In this document: piece by piece, positions 55,690 to 64,000 of the stretch
Layout of the letters: the number at the start of each line of letters is the position of its first letter
Numbering within the stretch: the first letter of the stretch is position 1
From: Dehalococcoidia bacterium
GTDB lineage: Bacteria > Chloroflexota > Dehalococcoidia > UBA2979
Length of the DNA: 64,000 nucleotides
Reading direction: 5' to 3'
Assembly (NCBI GenBank): GCA_963692775.1
Contig: OY839116.1
Span: 1,990,544 to 2,054,543, forward strand
The notes under the pieces: generated by a model
The model's database searches: none
Seen by the model: only the letters and a program-made list of their open reading frames with translations
Told to the model about the DNA's origin: nothing
Position numbers and translations under genes: made by a program

Positions 55690-57564
55690 ATGGGTGAGGG
55701 GCGGGAGCAGCGGATGCCTGGCGGCGGCGCGAGCGGGATCTTCGGGCAGGCGCTTCGTGCGCGGCGCCTGCTGCTGCTTGCGGCGCTCGCGCAGGCGATC
55801 GTGCTCGGCGCCTGCAGCGCGCTGCCCGGCGGCGCGCCGCCGCCCGCCGCCCTGACGGCGACCGCAACGCCGACGGCGACTCCGGCGCCCGTCGCCGAGG
55901 AGGCGCCCCGCGCCACCCCGGAGCCGGCCGCCGCGCCCGCCCCGACACCGGCCGCCACGCCCGCCCCGCCGGCCGCCACGCCCACGCCCGAACCCGGCGA
56001 GCCGGTGGCGATCCTCGTCACCGATCCCGCCGAGCGCTCGCGCCTCGAGGCGGCGCTGCGCTCGGCGGCCGGCTTCGCCCCCGCGGATCGCGACGCGCCG
56101 CTGCGCTGGGCGATCGCCGATGCGCCGCTGCCCGGCTCGCGGCCGCTCGTGCTCGCGCGCTGGGCGGCGATCGCGGACCAGCGGCGCGACGTGCTGGACC
56201 TGAGCCGGGACGACGTGATCCGCATCCTCCGGGGCGAGCTGCGCGGCTGGTCCCGGCTCGACGGGACGCGGCAGCCGATCACCGTGTATCTCGGCGTCTC
56301 GCAGGCGCTGCCGATCGCGCGCGCCCTCGGTATCTCGTCCGCCGACCTGCACGCGCGGGTGCTGCCCGACGGGGAGGTGGTCGACCGCGTCGCCGGGACC
56401 CCGGGCGGCTTCGCGCTGATCCCGCCCGAGCAACTGCGTCTCGGGGTGCTCGCGCTCACCGTCGACGGGCACGACCCGTACCGCGACCCGGCGGGGGAGT
56501 CTCCGTTGCGCATGGTGCGCTGGATCCGGGCCCCGACCCCGGGGGACGTCGTCAGGCTGGCCGCGTCCGCCGGCCTCGAGGCCGCCGAGCCGTTCGACCC
56601 GGCGGGCATGCTGGTCGCCGGCGATCTGATCCCGGTGCGTTGCAGCAACTACGTGCTCGCCACGCTCGACGACTACGGCGCGATGTTCGACGGCGTGCGC
56701 GACGCGATCGAGGCGGCGGACGTCGCCGTCGTCCCGCTCGAGTCGGCGCTCACGGGGCTCTCCGAGCCGACGTCCTGCGTGGAGACGTTCCTGCTGCAGG
56801 GCAGCCCTCGCTCGATCGATGCGGCGGCCGACGCCGGGGTGGACGTGATGCTCACGATCGGCAACCACATGCTCGACTGCTGGGAGGACTGCTCCGGCGC
56901 CGGTGCGCTGCTCGACACGCTGGCGCGGCTGGAGGAGGCCGGCATCGCCGCGGCCGGGGCCGGCGAGAATCTCGGCGACGCCCGCACGCCGGCGGTGTTC
57001 AGGGTCCACACGGAGCAGGGCTTCGTGCGCTTCGCCTTCCTCGGCTACGACGGGATCGCGCCCTGGTACGCGGCCAACCAGCACTCCCCGGGCGTCGCCC
57101 CGATCGAGGCGGAGAGCGTGCGCGAGGACGTGCGCGCGGCGCTCGCGATCGCGGACCATGTCGTGGTCGGGTTCAGCTGGGGCGTCGAGTACACGAGCGA
57201 TCCGACGGAGTTCCAGCGCGAGCTCGGCGCGATCGCGATCGAGTCCGGCGCGACGCTCGTGATCGGCAGCCATCCGCACTGGGTGCAGGCGGTCGAACAC
57301 TTCGATGACGCGCTCGTGACGTACTCGTTCGGCAACTTCATCTTCGATCAGGACTGGTCGGTGGAGACAACGCAGGGGATGATCATGGAGCTGGGATTCG
57401 CACTCGACCGGCTGATCGGGTACCGCATCCGGCCGATCGTGATCCGCGGCGACGGCGGCGAGCCGCACTGGATCTACCGCCCGGAGTTCGTCGACCCCGC
57501 CGGCGAGGGCCGCCCCATCCTCGAGCGCATCTGGCAGGCCCAGGACCGGCTCCCCGCGCGATAG
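55690..57564 (+). CDS. CapA-family protein (poly-gamma-glutamate capsule synthesis / metallophosphatase-like), lipoprotein
   Basis: Lipobox VLGACSALPG, Ala/Pro/Thr linker, CapA motifs TIGNH, GSHPHWVQ and SFGNFIFDQ. Confidence 0.75.
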   Translation: MGEGREQRMPGGGASGIFGQALRARRLLLLAALAQAIVLGACSALPGGAPPPAALTATATPTATPAPVAEEAPRATPEPAAAPAPTPAATPAPPAATPTPEPGEPVAILVTDPAERSRLEAALRSAAGFAPADRDAPLRWAIADAPLPGSRPLVLARWAAIADQRRDVLDLSRDDVIRILRGELRGWSRLDGTRQPITVYLGVSQALPIARALGISSADLHARVLPDGEVVDRVAGTPGGFALIPPEQLRLGVLALTVDGHDPYRDPAGESPLRMVRWIRAPTPGDVVRLAASAGLEAAEPFDPAGMLVAGDLIPVRCSNYVLATLDDYGAMFDGVRDAIEAADVAVVPLESALTGLSEPTSCVETFLLQGSPRSIDAAADAGVDVMLTIGNHMLDCWEDCSGAGALLDTLARLEEAGIAAAGAGENLGDARTPAVFRVHTEQGFVRFAFLGYDGIAPWYAANQHSPGVAPIEAESVREDVRAALAIADHVVVGFSWGVEYTSDPTEFQRELGAIAIESGATLVIGSHPHWVQAVEHFDDALVTYSFGNFIFDQDWSVETTQGMIMELGFALDRLIGYRIRPIVIRGDGGEPHWIYRPEFVDPAGEGRPILERIWQAQDRLPAR

Positions 57565-57685
57565 GGCCTGGTCGCATTCGTTGCGGGCTGGTCAGCGAAC
57601 GGATCAGGTGTCTGCGCACGCCAACTACGATTGTAAACCCCTCTCAAACCGCCTAGGCTGGCCGTCCCAGTAAGGGGGGTGGAAT

Positions 57686-58501
57686 GTGAAACGAGCAATC
57701 CTGTTGCTGGATGCTGAGTGCGGCCCGTGCTCGGGGTTCGGGAAGCAGATCGAGGCGGAGGGACTGACCGAGGGGACGATCCTCGAACTCGGCAGCCTGC
57801 ACGACCTGCGCTACCAGGACCACGTCACGAAGATGGAGCCCACGCTGGTCCGGTACGACGGCCCTGCGGTGGCTGTGTCCACCGGGGTGAGGCTGGCGAC
57901 CGCGCTGGTGAGGATCGTCGGGATGCGGCGTGCCTTCCGCATCGCGCAGCTCGTCCGCGAGGCGACCTCGGACGCCAAGTTCGACCCGTCGCGGCGCAGC
58001 TTCCTGCTTAGGGCTGCCGGTGCCGCAGCCGTCCTGCCGGTCGCGGGGGTGCTTGGCACGAAGGCGGCATCTGCCCAGACCGCTCCGAGCACCAGTTACG
58101 CGCTGACTGTGGCCGAGGCACTGGGGGCGTACAGGCTCCTGCTCGCTTCGGACGAGTTCAAGGCGGCCCACGCTACTGCTAAGAGTGACGGGCTGAGACA
58201 TCGCAGGGACACTAATCTGCAGACACGGCGAGGGCTCGATGGCTTTGCATCCAGTACTGCTGCCATTGGACTCGTCCGAGAACATAACGGGGAGCGACTA
58301 CTCGAACTCATCCTCTTCTACGAGGACGCCAAGGGCAACCGCGCCGAGATGCGCTTTATGTCTGCGTTGATAGACACCCGTGGCAACACCATTGTGGCGC
58401 TCGATGTCGATGGAAGTGGTGATGAGCAGGAGCAGGACACGCCAGGCGGGCGATTCCCAACGATACCTGGGGAATCACAAAGGACTCAGGCGCTTCCGTA
58501 G
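57686..58501 (+). CDS. DCC-family thiol-disulfide oxidoreductase domain (DUF393) fused to, or overlapping, a second domain preceded by a Tat-signal-like segment
   Basis: MKRAILLLDAECGPCSGFG (D-x-E-C-G-P-C). Mid-protein MRRAFRIAQLVREATSDAKFDPSRRSFLLRAAGAAAVLPVAGVLGTKAASAQ. Confidence 0.55.
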   Translation: MKRAILLLDAECGPCSGFGKQIEAEGLTEGTILELGSLHDLRYQDHVTKMEPTLVRYDGPAVAVSTGVRLATALVRIVGMRRAFRIAQLVREATSDAKFDPSRRSFLLRAAGAAAVLPVAGVLGTKAASAQTAPSTSYALTVAEALGAYRLLLASDEFKAAHATAKSDGLRHRRDTNLQTRRGLDGFASSTAAIGLVREHNGERLLELILFYEDAKGNRAEMRFMSALIDTRGNTIVALDVDGSGDEQEQDTPGGRFPTIPGESQRTQALP

Positions 58502-58641
58502 CGTCCGGCCAAGACGCTCCGGCACTCGCCCCTACAATCCGGATCAAGGGGCAGGGCGTTGACGTTACGCACACCAACGGTGAGTGGTCGGGGTCACAGG
58601 TTCCGTCAGCCGTTGCTGATGGTGTCACCGCCCAAGGTGAG

Positions 58642-58782
58642 ATGATGTACTGCTGGTCAGTCAGGTCGCGGATATGCACCACCTGCGCCGTGGTCGCCCC
58701 GAACCCACTCGCTGGTCTAATCTGCGTCATCGCCTGCGTCTACATAACTTGGCGCTACTGCTACATAGTCACCGTCGATTGA
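58642..58782 (+). CDS. Candidate small Cys-rich hydrophobic peptide (46 aa, 7 Cys)
   Basis: Hand-translated: MMYCWSVRSRICTTCAVVAPNPLAGLICVIACVYITWRYCYIVTVD*; AAGGTGAG SD 5 nt upstream. Below the ORF-track cutoff. Confidence 0.3.
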   Translation: MMYCWSVRSRICTTCAVVAPNPLAGLICVIACVYITWRYCYIVTVD

Positions 58783-58791
58783 GTTGGACCG

Positions 58792-59004
58792 ATGAGACGC
58801 TGGCTGCAGGGGTTTCGCGGGCCACCGACACGGAAGGAACTCTTGGTCGGTGGCCTCGCCGGGCTTGTCATAGGCAGCCTCGGGTTCGTGCTCCCGACGC
58901 TGTCGATCGAGGTCACACTCATCAGCCTGGCAGTGGGCATCACCGTGGTTGTCTTCGTTCGGTGGCGCTGGGGTGAGACGATCGACAGGTGGTTCCGCGG
59001 CTGA
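58792..59004 (+). CDS. Small membrane protein (70 aa, two TM helices)
   Basis: LLVGGLAGLVIGSLGFVLPTL and LISLAVGITVVVFV hydrophobic stretches; stop overlaps the next start (TGATG). Confidence 0.4.
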   Translation: MRRWLQGFRGPPTRKELLVGGLAGLVIGSLGFVLPTLSIEVTLISLAVGITVVVFVRWRWGETIDRWFRG

Positions 59005-59399
59005 TGGACTGGCGCCAGTACCTGCTCCTGCTCGCCTCGTGCGGCGTGCTCATCGGCCTCGCGATGGGGCTGCACTACGGGCACATGCACCACGAGAGCG
59101 CCGAGGAGCCTGCCGCTGTCGAGGCCACGCCGGAGGCGCCGCCGTGGCCGCCGACGCTCAAGGCTCGGATGATCGAGAACTGCGCCAGCACGGAAGTGGA
59201 AGGTCTACCGCGCACCAGCCGGGAGCAGTGCACGTGCACCTTTGATTGGTATGAGAAGCACATGGCCCTCGGTGACTACCTGGAGTGGAGCAACACGATG
59301 GGCACGGGTGGAACGCTCGGTGACGAGGCCAACGAGCTGTTCCAGCGAGCGGCGTCGGAATGCTCGGAGATCATCGTTGTCACTCCCGAGGCCCGCTGA
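59004..59399 (+). CDS. Signal-anchored Cys-containing small protein (131 aa)
   Basis: MDWRQYLLLLASCGVLIGLAMGL anchor, then a soluble domain with five Cys (ENCAS, EQCTCTF, ASECSEI). Internal Met of ORF 58989..59399. Confidence 0.45.
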   Translation: MDWRQYLLLLASCGVLIGLAMGLHYGHMHHESAEEPAAVEATPEAPPWPPTLKARMIENCASTEVEGLPRTSREQCTCTFDWYEKHMALGDYLEWSNTMGTGGTLGDEANELFQRAASECSEIIVVTPEAR

Positions 59400-59423
59400 C
59401 ACGCTGGCCGGCCGGAGCCCGGT

Positions 59424-60038
59424 TCAACTCCGCGCGAATGCCAGCAGCTGCGACGTGTCGCCCCCGTCAGCCTGTTGGATTGCGTGCAGGTAGGCGGACC
59501 GCAGTTCCCCGGTCGTGGCGTCGAGGTTCGCTCCCCAGCTGAAGTGGTCCCGTCCGAGGCCCTCAATCAGGTAGTTGGCGGCAACCCTGCCGTGACGACC
59601 GTTCCCGTTCGGAAACGGATGAATCGCGACGAGACGGTGGTGGAATCGCACCGCGAGGTCGTCGGGAGGGAACGACTCGTGCTCGACCCACGCCCGGGCG
59701 TCGTCGACGAGGAGACGGACGGCCGTCGCGATCCGGCGGGGGTCGATCCCGATGTTCGTCTGCGTTGTCCGATACTGGCCGGCCCAGGCCCACACCTCAC
59801 CGAACATCGCCCTGTGCAGGTCGCGGAGGTACTTGTCGTCGAGCAGTTGTGAGGGGTTCGGCGCACGACGGCGGAGGAGTGCGGCCGAGACATTGCGTTG
59901 CTCCGCATCGAACAGATCGCCCCGGGTGGCGATGTAGGAGGGGATGAGTCCTTGCCGGTCATCCTCGGAGAGCTCCGTGTGGCCATCGCCGACCGGGACC
60001 AGCGGATCGATCATCGCGGCGGTTTGGACTCCGCCCAC
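59424..60038 (-). CDS. Fic-family protein (mobile mystery protein B type)
   Basis: Fic motif HPFPNGNGRHGR; DKYLRDLHRAMFGEVWAWAGQYR. Confidence 0.8.
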   Translation of the reverse strand: MGGVQTAAMIDPLVPVGDGHTELSEDDRQGLIPSYIATRGDLFDAEQRNVSAALLRRRAPNPSQLLDDKYLRDLHRAMFGEVWAWAGQYRTTQTNIGIDPRRIATAVRLLVDDARAWVEHESFPPDDLAVRFHHRLVAIHPFPNGNGRHGRVAANYLIEGLGRDHFSWGANLDATTGELRSAYLHAIQQADGGDTSQLLAFARS

Positions 60039-60481
60039 AGCCCTCGGCGGTCGACCAACTCCGTCGCCAGGTCTTCGAGTTGGGCGGCGGCATCGGCGCC
60101 CGTGACGGCCTGATCCTCAAGCCTGCTGTGGTGCGCGACGCGCTCGAGGTGCTCGGACGCCTTGGCGCGCGCTTGCGCGGCAACGAGCTCGTCGAGGCTG
60201 CGGCGGGGAAGCAGAAAGTAGACCAGATCGCACTCGAGCGCGGCGGCGGCGCGCTCGAGCGTCTCAAGCCTGATTGCGCCTCGCTGCTCGCTACGCTCGA
60301 GGCCGGCGATGGTCTGCTGCGTCACGCCCATGCGTTCGGCCAGCTCTCTGCTCGACATTCCAAGTGCGTCCCGGACTGCCCGGATCCAGCCCCGGTGCGG
60401 GCGCGGCGCTCCGCCCAGCGAGCGAAGCCCGTCCAGGGTGCCATCCAGCCGCGACCTTGCGAGTTCCCGTGGAGAAGCCAT
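60011..60481 (-). CDS. HTH XRE-family protein (mobile mystery protein A type), partner of the Fic gene
   Basis: MSSRELAERMGVTQQTIAGLERSE HTH; overlaps the Fic start by 28 nt. Confidence 0.7.
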   Translation of the reverse strand: MASPRELARSRLDGTLDGLRSLGGAPRPHRGWIRAVRDALGMSSRELAERMGVTQQTIAGLERSEQRGAIRLETLERAAAALECDLVYFLLPRRSLDELVAAQARAKASEHLERVAHHSRLEDQAVTGADAAAQLEDLATELVDRRGLWAESKPPR

Positions 60482-60492
60482 GGGTTCATTAT

Positions 60493-60572
60493 ACAGGCCA
60501 TAGGCTGTATTTCAATATCGACTCAACAGTCTAGGACTTGTATATCAGGGTGGAACTTACAGGCTGTGGCCT
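60493..60572. promoter_or_regulatory. Two operator-like palindromes ACAGGC-N4-GCCTGT / ACAGGC-N4-GGCTGT upstream of the HTH gene
   Basis: tACAGGCcataGGCTGTa and ttACAGGCtgtgGCCTGTc in an AT-rich leader. Confidence 0.35.
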
Positions 60573-60580
60573 GTCGCCCC

Positions 60581-61921
60581 CTACAACGGCTTCGGCGCGT
60601 AGTCGCGGTCGATGCGCAGCACGGAGCCCATCTCCTCGTAGTCCTCGAACGGGAGCTGCGAGCCCTCGCGCGCGATGGGGTCCGATTGCAGGCCGGAGGC
60701 GCGGTCGGCGATGCGCCGCGCGTGCAGATCCTCGATCTCGACCGCGCTCAGGCCCAGCTCCGCCAGCACCGCGTCCGTGTCCGCGCCGAGGTGCGGCGCC
60801 GGTCCCTTCGCGGGCACGGCCGCGCCGTCGAACTTCGCCGGCAGGTAGCGCTGGATCGGCACCCGCCCGAAGTCGCCGATCGCGAGGTCGTCGAAGAACT
60901 CGCGCGCGGCCAGCTGGGGGTCGGCGATCACCTCGTCGGCCTTGAGAATCGGCCCCGCGGGCGCGCCCGCGCCTTGCAGCAGCGCGGCGACCTCGAACTT
61001 GTCGCGCTCGCGCGTCCAGGCCGCGATCGACTCGTCGAGGGCGTCGTGGTGCTCGGTGCGCGATGCGGCGTCGGCGAAGCGCGGGTCGTCGAGCCAGGCC
61101 TCGTGGCCGCTCGCGCGGCAGAAGGCCCGCCACTCCGCCTCGTCGCGCAGCGAGATCGCCACCCAGTCGTCGTCGCCCGCGCAGGGGTAGGCGCCGCGCA
61201 CCATGCCCGGCCGGCGGTTGCCGTCGCGCGCCTGGTGGCGGCCGTTGCGCTGGTAGTCGGCGAACTGCGACTCGAGGACCGGCAGCGTCGCCTCCTGCAT
61301 CGAGACATCGATGATCTGGCCCTCGCCCGTGCGGTCGCGGTGGATCAGCGCGGCGACGAGGGCGGCCGTGCCGTGCAGCCCGGAGTAGGGGTCGACCCAG
61401 GTCTGGCCGGTCTTGGTCGGGCCCTCGCCGCGGTAGCCGGTCACCGTCGGCACGCCCGAGGCGGGCTCCATCGTCATGCCGTTGGCCGGGCGGAAGGCGT
61501 TGGGGCCGGTCTGCCCGAAGCCGCTCAGGTGGAGCAGGATCAGCTGCGGGAACTCCTCGTGCAGCCCCTGGAAGTCGAAGCCGAGCCGGGCGACGACGCC
61601 GGGCATGAAGTTCTCGACCACCACGTCGGCCTCGGAGATCAGCCGCCGCACCAAGGCGCGGCCCTCCGCCTGCCCGAGGTCGATCATCGCCGAGCGCGTG
61701 CCGGCGTTGCGGACGGTGAAGTAGATGTTGCGGTTCCAGACCTCGCCCGCGATGTCGTTGCGAGGCGGGAAGAGCGTGCGGTTGCCGTAGTTGCCGCCCG
61801 GCGTGAACGCCCGCTCGACGCGCACCATGTTCGCCCCGAGATCGGAGAGGATGCGCGTCGCCAGCGGCCCGACCCAGCCCTGAGTCAGCGCGACGACCTT
61901 GAGGTCCTCGAAGAAGCGCAT
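60581..61921 (-). CDS. Family III CoA-transferase (CaiB/BaiF)
   Basis: LKVVALTQGWVGPLATRILSDLGANMVRVER. Confidence 0.85.
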   Translation of the reverse strand: MRFFEDLKVVALTQGWVGPLATRILSDLGANMVRVERAFTPGGNYGNRTLFPPRNDIAGEVWNRNIYFTVRNAGTRSAMIDLGQAEGRALVRRLISEADVVVENFMPGVVARLGFDFQGLHEEFPQLILLHLSGFGQTGPNAFRPANGMTMEPASGVPTVTGYRGEGPTKTGQTWVDPYSGLHGTAALVAALIHRDRTGEGQIIDVSMQEATLPVLESQFADYQRNGRHQARDGNRRPGMVRGAYPCAGDDDWVAISLRDEAEWRAFCRASGHEAWLDDPRFADAASRTEHHDALDESIAAWTRERDKFEVAALLQGAGAPAGPILKADEVIADPQLAAREFFDDLAIGDFGRVPIQRYLPAKFDGAAVPAKGPAPHLGADTDAVLAELGLSAVEIEDLHARRIADRASGLQSDPIAREGSQLPFEDYEEMGSVLRIDRDYAPKPL

Positions 61922-61922
61922 C

Positions 61923-63152
61923 TCAGGCCGCCCCGCCCGTGCCGTCCGCCGTCGCCGCGCCCGCGCGCAGCGCCTCGCCGTCGGCGTCGAGGGCGGGCGC
62001 GGGGCCGAAGCGCTGAGGCGTGGCCGAGAGGATCGCGCCCGCGCCGGTGAGCCGGACGCCGTCCGGTCCTTCGTCCCAGTAGTCGCGCTCCTCGAGGTGG
62101 GAGTCGCCGAGCAGATCCTCGACGTCCGGGACGGTGCCGAAGCCGAGGCCCAGCTCGCCGGCCCGCCGGAAGATCTCCTCGCGGGTGTGGCGCGCCAGCC
62201 AGGGCAGCGCGACGGCGTCGAACTCGCGCCAGCGCAGGTTGCGCGTCTGCGTCTCCGTGAAGATCGGGCTGTCCTTCAGGTCCGGCCGTTCGAGCAGCGT
62301 CGAGACCACGCCGGCGAAGTCGTGATGGCCGGTGCCGACGGGCACGAAAGCGATGTGGCCGTCCTTGCAGGCCATGATGTCGTTGGGGTAGCCGGGCAGG
62401 ATCCGCGAGTAGTAGCGCTTCCGCACCACGCCCGAGCCGAGCCACACGACGAGGTTGTGGTCGTCCGTCATCGACAGCGCCTCGTGCGCGGAGATGTCGA
62501 CGACGTGCGTGCGCAGTCCCCGCCGCGCCGCAGCGAGGGCGGCGAGGGCGGCGATCGCGGCGTGCGTCGCCGCGAAGTAGTCGCTGAGCTCGATGCCCGC
62601 GCTGAGCGGCTCGCGGTCCGGGTCGCCGCTCACGTAGGAGAACCCCGCGAGGCCCTCGATGATGTGGCTGTCGGCGCGCCACGAGGCGTACGGCCCGGTC
62701 ATGCCGAAGTCGGAGATCGAGACGAAGGTCGTCTCCGGGAAGCGCTCGCCCCAACGCTCCGGGTCGCCGAGCGGCAGCTCCGAGGCGAGTCGCTCGCCCT
62801 CGCGCCAGTCGGAGACGAGCAGCGCGGCGCCCTCGATCAGCCGGGCGGCGAGCGCCGCCTCCTCGTCGCGTTCGAGGTCGAGCGCGACGCTGCGCTTGCC
62901 GCGATTGATGGCGGCGTGCAGTCCGCCGCCGTCGGGGTCGGGCTCGTCGCCGTTGAAGGGACCGGCGAGGCGGATCGCATCCCCGCCGGGCGGCTCGATG
63001 CGGATCACCTCGGCGCCGTACTGGGCGAGCAGCTGCGCGCAGTAGGCGACCGCGCGCCCGGCCGCGATCTCGACGACACGCAGGCCGTCGAGCGCCGTCG
63101 CGCCCTCGGACGCCCCGCCCGCTGCGTCGCCGTTCGTCGCGCTCACGTGCAC
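61923..63152 (-). CDS. Family III CoA-transferase (CaiB/BaiF)
   Basis: LDGLRVVEIAAGRAVAYCAQLLAQYGAEVIRIEPPGGD; probable GTG start at VHVSATNGD, since the ORF track extends to 63362. Confidence 0.75.
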   Translation of the reverse strand: MHVSATNGDAAGGASEGATALDGLRVVEIAAGRAVAYCAQLLAQYGAEVIRIEPPGGDAIRLAGPFNGDEPDPDGGGLHAAINRGKRSVALDLERDEEAALAARLIEGAALLVSDWREGERLASELPLGDPERWGERFPETTFVSISDFGMTGPYASWRADSHIIEGLAGFSYVSGDPDREPLSAGIELSDYFAATHAAIAALAALAAARRGLRTHVVDISAHEALSMTDDHNLVVWLGSGVVRKRYYSRILPGYPNDIMACKDGHIAFVPVGTGHHDFAGVVSTLLERPDLKDSPIFTETQTRNLRWREFDAVALPWLARHTREEIFRRAGELGLGFGTVPDVEDLLGDSHLEERDYWDEGPDGVRLTGAGAILSATPQRFGPAPALDADGEALRAGAATADGTGGAA

Positions 63153-63279
63153 CGCCCTCCGCGCGCCCGATGGTGGTGCGCCCGCGCGCGGCGCGTCAAG
63201 CGGGCGGGGTGAGGGTAGGGCGAGGTCGACGGCAGCAGGGATGTGACAACAACAGAAGTGTTGCGTATGATCGGGATCG

Positions 63280-63468
63280 ATGAACGCGCGGGAGTTTCGT
63301 CGCTGGCTGAGCCGGCGCGGCTGCACGTTCCACACGCACAAGGGCGGCAGCGGGCACGTCACCGTGCGGCGCGGAAACCGAACCAGTCAGCTGCCGATGC
63401 ACGGCGGCCGCAAGGAGTTGGGACGAGGGCTCGTCGCCAAGATCAAGAAGGATCTGGGGTTGAACTGA
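63280..63468 (+). CDS. hicA: HicA-family toxin
   Basis: MNAREFRRWLSRRGCTFHTHKGGSGHVTVRRGNRTSQLPMHGGRKELGRGLVAKIKKDLGLN. Confidence 0.65.
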   Translation: MNAREFRRWLSRRGCTFHTHKGGSGHVTVRRGNRTSQLPMHGGRKELGRGLVAKIKKDLGLN

Positions 63469-63932
63469 TGCTCGCCTACCCGATCGTACTTGAGGACGAC
63501 GATGGCGCCGTACTGGCGACATCGCCCGACTTCCCTGAGCTGTCGACATTCGGTGACGACCGCGAAGAGGCCCTTGCCCGCGCCGTCGATGCCCTCGAGG
63601 AAGCGATCGCCGCGCGTATCCACGACCGCCGGGATATTCCCGAACCCTCCCGAGGCGAGATCGACGCCGTGCTGCCGACCCTCACCTCGGTCAAGGTGAT
63701 GCTCTACCAGGGAATGCGAGATCAGGGGATTGGGAAGGCGGAACTTGCCCGTCGTCTGGGCTGGCACATGCCGCAAGTCGACCGCGTGCTCGACGTGAAC
63801 CACCACTCGCGATTGGACCAGATGGACGCCGCCCTCGGAGCGATCGGGAAGCGCTTGCAGGTGATTGCCGCACCCGTGTCGGAACCGGCGCTCAGCGGAG
63901 GGGCAGGCGGCGGATCAGGCACGCCAGGATAG
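63468..63932 (+). CDS. hicB: HicB-family antitoxin with C-terminal HTH (paralog of 39556..40041)
   Basis: MLAYPIVLEDDDGAVLATSPDFPELSTFGDDREEALARAVDAL; GIGKAELARRLGWHMPQVDRVL HTH; ATG overlaps the hicA stop (TGATG). Confidence 0.7.
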   Translation: MLAYPIVLEDDDGAVLATSPDFPELSTFGDDREEALARAVDALEEAIAARIHDRRDIPEPSRGEIDAVLPTLTSVKVMLYQGMRDQGIGKAELARRLGWHMPQVDRVLDVNHHSRLDQMDAALGAIGKRLQVIAAPVSEPALSGGAGGGSGTPG

Positions 63933-64000
63933 GCGTCCAGCGAGACGCGCCCCCGGTTACCGGAACGCCGGCGCGACCTCCGAGGCGAAGCGCTCGATGG

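Larger units (their letters stand above)
57565..60580. other. Lower-GC island of about 3 kb, without integrase, between the CapA gene and a CoA-transferase gene
   Basis: Visibly AT-richer codon usage and intergenic regions than the flanks; carries the mobile mystery protein A/B pair. Confidence 0.4.

Noticed and set aside
58356-58730. 124-aa minus-strand ORF in the island
   Set aside because: It overlaps the better-supported plus-strand small peptide (RBS, operon context) and has no motifs; kept only as an alternative.

Overview
This 64 kb window is about 70% GC and looks like a bacterial chromosome segment. Sortase, hopanoid hpnCDE, tsaBE and the Arg/Ala-rich antisense ORF background suggest an actinobacterial-type genome, but that is inference. 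Most long ORFs in the track are antisense artefacts of high GC; I list only frames with recognisable protein families or clear operon context. Coordinates derived from hand-counting may be off by 1-2 nt in places.

Content in order:
- Housekeeping: acetate-CoA ligase fragment, Zn-ADH, sthA, two tandem tRNA-Ser, sortase, mnmA, rsfS, an MFS transporter, vapBC, ndk, marR, tsaB-tsaE, thiL, gyrA.
- A type II R-M cassette between gyrA and a GGCT/C26-amidotransferase pair, followed by tRNA-Pro, a second vapBC and a secreted four-repeat protein.
- rnhA and the squalene/hopanoid genes hpnC-hpnD-hpnE, then a lipoprotein and a crotonase.
- Two family-5 ABC substrate-binding proteins plus two permeases with no ATPase, ending in hicAB.
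- A roughly 21 kb acyl-CoA catabolic region: five family-III CoA-transferases (one a tandem fusion), a MaoC hydratase pair, DUF35, tandemly duplicated ACADs, HIBADH, a PrpB-like/PrpF-like pair, SDR and VOC proteins, interrupted by a frameshifted hicA with intact hicB and by a DUF4143 ATPase with an AT-rich palindrome array.
- A CapA lipoprotein.
- A lower-GC island of about 3 kb (57.6-60.6 kb) carrying a DCC-family thiol-disulfide oxidoreductase, a 46-aa Cys-rich peptide, two small membrane/secreted proteins and a mobile-mystery A/B (HTH + Fic) pair.
- Two more CoA-transferases and a third hicAB.

No CRISPR array, rRNA, integrase or transposase was recognised.
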